The translations under genes were made by a program, and so were the position numbers. DNA of 64,000 nucleotides, taken from NCBI GenBank assembly GCA_964270895.1, contig OZ185435.1; one strand, written 5' to 3'. Source of the stretch: Podarcis filfolensis (Eukaryota). The notes under the pieces are model-generated. The model had not been told where the DNA came from and made no database searches. It was given only the letters and a program-made list of their open reading frames with translations. Position 1 is the stretch's first letter. Each line of letters opens with the position of its first letter. This document shows, in pieces, positions 51,001 through 60,000 of this stretch.

Positions 51001-54000
51001 CAATCTCCCTTGCACAGTGGGTTCACTGATGATTCCTGCCTCCATTCACCATGTTTAGGAAATGTAACTAGACAAATTGCTGTGTATAACCTCTCTTTCA
51101 AGGCTGGTTCTGCAGTTCTGATTTGACTTGAGAAAACAATGAGAAATTCAGTAAGGACTATAGTAGGAAAGACAGAATATTCAGGTTATCTGGAAAGCAT
51201 GTCATGTCCCATAATAGAGAAATGCCCAGGATAAAGGGGTATGCACATCACAGAAGTGCTGAATATGAGATATGGTATTAATTATTAACTTTTGAAGTCC
51301 TAGTGCCAGTACTTTAATTATTCTCACTGCCTGTTCAGAGTCCAGCACAGTGCTGTTCTTCCCCCTCTATCTTTCATACTGTCAACTCATTCATCCATGC
51401 TAAATATTTTCAGCATATGTGACACATTTTCAGCATATGTGAGCGTGTGTTTTTTTAATGAAGAACTTTCTGAATCCTATTGTGGAAAATAGGGAGTTTA
51501 AGGTGCAAATGTCACATTGCATTAAAAACTAGAATATGTCACAGGTACTTATCCCCAATTTTCCATTCCCTTACATTCCCTTAAATTCTGAAAAGGAGAA
51601 CTAGGCCATCATGGCCATCATTTTTTAAAATGTAAAGGCTCTCCCTTCTGTAGGTACTGCTGTGTGTATTGGACTCATTTCCAAACTTTACCTTTATTTA
51701 AAAGGGAGAACAATACAAAAAATATTGTTTTTAGTGCCCATATCCAGTCCTTAGCCAATTCAGGAGAACTTCCTGAGAAACCAGCAACTACCATCCTTAT
51801 CTTAATGAATAAAAAAAAATTGAAATCCTATACAAATCTTCTCAGAAATAAGACCTACAGTGCCTAGCAAGCCTGACTTCCAGGTCTCAGGATGTGTGTG
51901 CAGGATTTCAGCTCAAATGATGTATGATCTCCCTCTGACCATCTTTAGCTAATTTATGTTTCTAATAGCATAATGAAGTGTTCCAAAATGGTGATCCATC
52001 CTAGTTTAAGTGCACTATAAAAGATTAAGCAGAGACAAAAACACACTTATCTGTCCCAACAAGTCTGCTAATTTTTTAAATCTCAGCATATATATTTTTT
52101 TAAACCTGTCTTTTCCCATTTCAACTCTGACAATACAACTAGCAAATAGGGGACGGAGTGAGCTTATCTTGGTAGCTTCAGGTACCTCTCACCACATTTT
52201 AGGTACTATCACTTGTTATCACAGCTTTAGAAACATTAAGTCTTTTCTCTCTCTCCTAAATTGTCTCTCTACCACAGTGAAGCCTTCGTCAGGTTTATCT
52301 GTTTACACAGTTCTATCAGCCAGTAAAGTGAGATGAGCGCCGAAACCCCTGAGTCGTCCGTGACAGTCAGGGGTCCCTTTACCTTTATATGTCATCTTAA
52401 ATATAACATAAAATGCAGAGAGGGCTCAGAAAGAGCTACGTGTCTGCCATTTTCTCCCAGGCAAAAGGAAGCCCTCTTCAGCAACAGCCACACATACAGT
52501 CACAGACATCAGCCCGCCAACTTCTGGTTGACAATGCATAATTTGGATCATAGCACTTGATAAATTGGCTCACATCCCCAGGGCTTATCTAGTGCCATAA
52601 CTTATTTGAGTATGATCAGTACCTTATGTTTAGGTGAAAGGGGACAAAATCATGCCCTACATAGTTAGATACTTCACAGCTGCTCTGTGTCTAATGAGCA
52701 ACATAGGAGCCAGACTTAGGCAGACAAGTGGCCCATCTTGAAACAGTGGCAGTCCTGCTTCTCCTGGGATGGGCCCAAGAGGAGACATCAGTGTTAGGTT
52801 TGGGATCCAAAGGCATGTTTGTGAATTCCCACTTCTTTCACTCACCTGCCATGACCAGCCGGACAGTGAAGGAGCTGTTTCTCTGATCGTTCAAGTAGAG
52901 CGTGCAGGTATAGTTGCCTGCATCGCTGGCATTGGCGTGCTCAAAGGTGAGGTATGTTGTTGTGTTCTGCAGTGTGCTGTGCAGGTGGCTTAACGCAGTG
53001 AAGTTAAGCAGATGACAGTTTTTGCTCCACTGGATGCTAAAGTTTGAGGTAGACTGAAGAAGCTGGAGGCTCTGGTTATCCAAAGGGCAGAACAAATGAT
53101 TAACCTGTTCTTGCTGGGTCCAAATGGTGTGATCATAGAAGTGATCTGGGTCCACACACGATAAATTAGATGAAACCGTCAGCGAAAAGAATTCTAAATA
53201 AAGCAAAGCAGTTAAATTGCAACTACTTCTGTGATGCCTAATCCAACCTACATTTCTACAGCAAGCACAGAATATGCAACTCCAACAGCAACCAAGTCAT
53301 TCATGCCCAACCAGGTCATAGACACTGCCCCCCTGGCTGAACTTACTTTTAATATGCATACCATGTGATGGCTCCTGAAAGACTGTTTACAGTGAATTTA
53401 CTATAGAGAAGAGAGATAAATATTTATCATCCTGATAACAAGATCAGCTAACTATGTGATTCTAACTAGAACTCTATCTATGCCATAGATTCCTTATTTA
53501 TAATGAACAGAGAACAAATTGATAATAAGGTAACTAACACAATGATCACATTCTACAACCCTCCTCATAACACACACACCACACAAAAAATGCTAGGAGA
53601 GGCAATGCACTGAAGCAAGCACTATAGAAAAAGAAAAGAACAGGGGGGAAACCTAGCCAACCAAATACTGCTAATGTATAAAAAAAGCATTGGTGATATT
53701 CACTGGTCATTTGCACACCTGGAAACTTTTTTAAAAAAGATACTATAATTATAATAAGTGCTTCAGAGCTACAAATTCAAAGGAAAAGCAATCAACCTTC
53801 AAAAAAACCTGTACAACACAGTACATTTTGCTGAGCAAAAAGTTGCATGTCTGTATACTTGTTAGTATTTGATATGAACTGGAACTGGAACAATGAAGTA
53901 TATGAAATGGATGCACTTGTTTGTCCATGACAGTGAACCTCCACCTTATTTGATACCACTGAGAAATAGATAGAGGTTCTGTATCTTTTCCAGTGCTCAG

Positions 54001-57000
54001 ACATATCCAGTTTAGCTGCTATAAACAAAAGTTGATAAGTCTTTGTAAGAATAATAATCATTTTCAGAAATGTCCAGAAGTACAAAACATAAATCATGTC
54101 ATCATTTATGACTGATCAATACTATTTTGGTGTGGGGTGACTTCCAAGTATAATTCATTTTGCACACATGACCATCACATATGATAGTTAAATGACCTAA
54201 GTACCATCTATGTACCAGTTCTAACATAGTCTCCCTCATGTTAGCACAAATTTAAATTTAAATGGGAATTTATTCCACATTGTGCTCTACTTGCCAAGTG
54301 ATGTAGCACATGGAACATAATTTTCTCATGCAGTTCTCAATTAAGAGTAACTTATGTATTTGAGACCTTTTTGTGTGTTGTTTGTATGCTATAAGCAACC
54401 AGAGATTCAAACCCAACTTCAAGGGCTCTGGTTGCCTGTTGATGGACTATCCTGGAGGCACCCAATGGTTCTTGACTACCACTGCTGGTGTAACAGTAGG
54501 CATAAATATGCAACTATAGGGAACAGGTGGCGCTGTGGTCTAAACCACTGGAGCCCCTTGGGCTTGCCAATCGGAAGCTCAGCGGTTTGAGTCCACGCGA
54601 TGGGGTGAGCTCCCATTGCTCTGTTCCAGCTCCTGACAACCTAGCAGTTCGGAAGTATACCAGTGCAAGTAGACAATTAGGTACTGCTGTGGCAGGAAGG
54701 TAAATGGCGGTTCCCTGTGCTATGGCACTCGTCACGGTGTCCCATTGTGCCAGAAGCGGTTTAGTCATGCTGGTCTCATGATCTGAAAAGCTGTCTGTGG
54801 ACAAACGCCGGTTCCCTAGGCCTGAAGCAAGATGAGCGCCGCACCCCAAAGTTGCCTTTGACTGAACTTAACCATCCAGGGGTCCTTAACCTTTACCTTA
54901 CCTAAATATGCAACTCTACTAAAGTTAATGCCACTGCTGGCAGAACGTCAAGTGAGAACTCATATTCAAGTGAGCACTTCCATTATCAAAGGTTTTCACT
55001 GTTGGTGGGACAGCAGTCCTATATATACAATGAATTGTTCACTATTATGATGTTCTGGCAGAAATGGCAATAACTTTAGTAGATGCAAACACAGTTGTTA
55101 AAGTGTCACTGACTACTGTGATGCTTTGTCCTGAAAACACTCCAAATAAGCATTACTGCATTATCATCATTGTTGCAGCTGTTGTTAAAGTTATGTGAAT
55201 GAAATTTACCAGGTGGAAACTGAATGGCTTCTTATATGAATGGCTTCTTTTTCTGCTAACACAAAAGTTACATAGGATTGCAGTTCTATACCTTACAACG
55301 GAGTAAAGCCCATTGCTCAGCATCTGAATACATGTAGCCTAATCCTTCACATCTTTTATTGCTCGTCTGTTCTATCATGACCATAATTATTCTACAAAGA
55401 ACTGCCAAAGTAGTACTGCCACAGAATTTCATTTAATTATTTCGTCCTTCTATCCATAAACTATGAATAAAACAACAACACCCTACTGTGACTGGGCTGG
55501 GTCCCTTCAAGTATGCATAATATGTTGCCTTTGTCTGCTAGACAAACATTCCCATACCCGATCAGGGAGAAACTGAAGAAAGAAATGCTGCTCTTTTTGC
55601 TTACACACAGGAGCTGTTAAGCACACACCCAACCATCAGATAGTGGGAGGGAGTAAACGGCAGGTATGGATGCCAGCATTAAGATGCAACCAAAGGCTTA
55701 TCTCAGAGGGTGCCAATTCTCATAGGGTCCTTTCACAAATATTTCACATACTGAATGCTGATTTATAAATGGATTTTGTCACAACAGGATACACTTACCA
55801 TGCAGCTTAATTCAGGGCCGTTTCCACTATCATCCCTCATGCTTTTTGCACAGGTAGTGCTTTTGGTACAAGAATATCACATTTTCTGAGAAGTTACTCA
55901 AGCCAGTGCACTGTTGTACTGGTCAAATACAGCATATTTCTGACTCCTGGTCAACAAAAGAGGTTTAAAGACTGTCTCGAGGTAAATCTAAAAAAAAGTA
56001 GTATAAACACTGACAACTGGGAAACACTGGCCTGTGAGCACTCCAGTTGGAGAACAGCCTTTACCAAAGGTGTCTTGGGCTTTGAAGACACTCAAACTCA
56101 GGACACAAGGGAGAAACGTGCTAAGAGGAAGGTATGCTTGGCAAATCCACACCGTGATCAACTCCCACCTGGAAACCAGTGTCCCCACTGTGGAATCCAG
56201 AATTGGCCTCGACAGTCACTTAACGGACTCATTGTTAAAACCGTGTTTATGGAAGACGATCTTACTCAGCTACGAGTGATCGCCAAAGATTTCTGACTCC
56301 ACAATGTATTTATAAATGCAAAAGAGATTGAATCATTTGTGTCAGGGGCACTTTGTGGCTGCAGTTTGCTGCACAGTATCTCCTTCCTGCGTCAGCTCAT
56401 GGTCTTATGCTACATTATTTTTCAAGCAATGTTTGTGTGTTCCCTTCACTCAAACATCCTACAATCTTCATTGTGTTTGCAGGAAGTCTAGAGGAAATGG
56501 ATGGAATTCACTGGGACTGGAGAGCAAGAATTGGTTTGGAAGTAAGACAACTTACTCATTCCATTTTGACCTCTGGTAAACAGGTTTCTGTATTGACTAA
56601 AAAACCTGCCAAACATGTTTGACCAGCAAAACAGAAGAAGCACACACATAAGGAAAGCTAATTTCAACTCTCTTCAAAAATTATTATCGTTTCCAGTTTA
56701 AATTATCTGAAGTCTCTTTTTTACTTCTGTTTCATTCAGAGGGCAGAGCAGGAGGAGCAGCTCATGCTGGGGCCTGTATGGTATTCTGCTTTCACTCATT
56801 CCTTGCTGAGAGGTCAGCCCTTTATTCTTACTCCTGTTACTACTGCCACTACTACTACCACTAGTCAGATCTTAGTCCTGGCATGCTTGGCCTGTGAGAA
56901 GGGATCTGTTCTAGAGAAATGTATACTCCAGTCCTCACTACACCATGAAAGCATCCATTTCACACTGTGTGCTCAAAATGCACATATACAGTGGTACCTC

Positions 57001-60000
57001 TGGATACGTACTTAATTCGTTCCGGAGGTCCATTCTTGACCTGAAACTGTTCTTAACCTGAAGCACCACTTTAGCTAATGGGGCCTCCCGCTGCTGCCGT
57101 GCTACCGGAGCAAAATTTCTGTTCTCATCCTGAAGCAAAGTTCTTAACCCGAGGTACTATTTCTGGGTTAGTGGAGGCTGTAACCTAAAGCGTATGTAAC
57201 CCGAGGTACCACTGTATTCCTTTAAATTGAGACTACCTGTCCAAACATATACATGTATAATAGAGCATTGTATGTTCTGCATCCCAAGCCTGGGATATTA
57301 GACTTAAAAATACAAAGGCAGTTCCTTCTATCTTCTAGTATGCAACTATGAGATTAAAAACCTGTCCCTTTTATTTTGTAAATGATTCTCAGATATCAAT
57401 TTGGTATATCAGACAATGTGCAGGAAGCAAGATTCCATTATTCATACTGCTATTATGGTCCCAAAGTATATCAAAGATCATGACCACTATCCACTACACA
57501 CATAAGCTCTTGTGCCCCATTTTAAAAAGACTTCAGCACACCTAACAGGTAGGGGCCCTTAAACCCATATTTATTCCTCTGCTCTTATATTTTGCCTATT
57601 TCAGCCAATACACAGATTTCCATTTCTTTTTTGGCATTTAGTATTCCTTGTATTTTGCACAAATCAATATTGACTACATAATTCTACATTTCAAAACAAA
57701 ATGTAATTGTTTCATCCCTTTCATATGTTTAAATATAGCACTCCTTCAACACCAACCATCCCAAATCCTGGGATCAGTCCAAAGTATTGTACACTTTAGG
57801 CAGCAGTAGAGAATAGAACAATAGAGTTGGAAGACAGCACAAGAACACTCTACTCCAGGGGTAGGCAAACTAAGGCCCGGGGGCCAGATCCGGCCCAATC
57901 ACCTTCTAAATCCAGCCTGCGGACGGTCTGGGAATCAGCGTGTTTTTACATGAGTAGAATGTGTCCTTTTATTTAAAATGCATCTCTGGATTATTTGTGG
58001 GGCATAGGAATTCGTTCTTCCCCCCCCAAAAAAATATATAGTCCGGCCCCCCACAAGGTCTGAGGGATAGTGGACCGGCCCCCTGCTGAAAAAGTTTGCT
58101 GACTCCTGACTCTAACCCACTGCAATGCAGGAATCTTTTTGCCCAGTGTGGGGCTTGAATCTATGACACTGAGATTAAAGAGTCTTCTGCTCTATCGACT
58201 ATCTCCTCACATTTCTGATGAGTTAAAGGGCTTAATCAGATAATCAATACCCTACTCCACTGTAGTAGATATATTTCATTTAAAGGGTAAGGAAACTCAT
58301 CTGCTAGAACTGTAGTAATCTGGCACCTCACTTTTATGCATCTTATTACTTGGAAGCAAATCCTACCAATTTTGAAGCATACCTCCAAGAAACTGTGCTT
58401 AGGATCCAAGCCACAGGCAGCTAACTAAACAAATAATGATAGGGAGAGCCTCTGCATTTTGCAGGGGCAACCCTATCATTACAGAATGAGGCAATTGTCT
58501 CAGGTGGTAACAACGCCACCCTGGATGTTCCCCCTAAGTCTCCGGGCTATTTCTACCCTCCTGTGCCAGTAAGCCTGCTTGTTGCTGGCCTAGTATGGCT
58601 ATATGTCTCACCTAGTCACTTTCTTTCAACACGTCACAGTACAAGAAAGCCCCAGACTGAAGAAGTATGCATTGCAAAGAAGCAACCAGAATAAGCCACA
58701 CAGTCCAGAAACTTTAGCACATGCTCATGCAACATACGCTGCTGCATAGCAGCATCTATCCATTTTGGCAAGTACCCAATTAGGGCGAGGAGTAGCGAAG
58801 TGTTGAAAGACAGAAATCTATGTGCCATATGGCCTGTCCTGGGCATGCTGATGACTTCAGGTGTGGTGAAGGATGCTGTCTCGTTGCCAGAGTCAGCTTC
58901 TGTACATGGAAGGGGAGTAGGGAAGTCATCCTTTTCCTCTCAGGCAGCAAAATGCCTAAGGGCAGTTATACCAACCCTAAACATCACCTATTTCGTTAAC
59001 AAATATGGCAGGCTTCAACTTACAAACAACGAAGCATGCATTCCTGCAAGATGGTAAACTGGTTTCACATCATCATAAAAAGAGTCTGAAAGGGAGAATC
59101 AATTATCTCTTTCATTATGTAATTGCCACAATAAACTTAAAACCAGTAACTGCTGTGCAAAATGCTTCCCTGTAAAACTGCACAGAATAATGTGGTTAAA
59201 ACAAAACTAAGGTACAGTGTAAATGGCCTCAAATAATTTTCATTTGTGGTCACAAACCTAGGATTGGTTCAGACATAATGCCCAAGCATGGGTTGGCAGC
59301 ATACGTATGAGCCACACAGATCCATTTTCTTCCTCCTTTATTTTAAACAAACCACAATTTGGCATTTTGTCCAAACCAGGCTTGCACTGGAGTACACATT
59401 CAGTCCTGTTTCTGTAAGTGAATGTCAGCGTGGCTATCCCTTTGCAAAGGCTAACACAAATATAGCACTAAATGAAAACAAAACTGTGTAAATGTGTCTG
59501 TAAATGGTCTGGGAGGCACTCAAGGGTTCTCCCAGTATACAGAGAAGACACAAAGAAATGTCACAACAAACAGCATACTTTGAAGATACTGACACCTATT
59601 ACTGGCTGAGCAAACTAGCTCCCAAGCTCACTCTCTCACTCCCCCCACCATGACACACACACTTTCTAGCCAGTTTGCTTCTTTGCAAGGTGTGGTCCAT
59701 TTATACAAAAGCATTATCAATAAAAGCAGATTAGGTTGGTCTGTGGCAACAGCAATAACTGAAAAGGCACCTCTATGTAAAACTCAAAGTTTATGGCTTA
59801 TTTATTGGTCCTACAGACAGGTATGTTATCGTATTGACTTTGCCAGTGCTTTTCCCAGGATCACAGCAGGCACACACAAACCCATATAACTGGGAGGGGC
59901 AGAGAAAGATAAGGATTATCTCAATTTCTAACCAACTTATAGCTTTAAGACTCCTTCTATGAGACAGAAAATTAAAATAGCCATTGTTTTAAGAGGTAAG

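Noticed and set aside
51406-51442. Short direct repeats (also about 39035..39068 and 63362..63401)
   Set aside because: Two-unit local slippage duplications, not arrays. No CRISPR-like structure exists in this eukaryotic window.
58612-58955. Minus-strand acceptor/donor pair as a decayed third Ig exon
   Set aside because: Stops in the needed frame and no Ig motifs; at most a UTR or cryptic exon.
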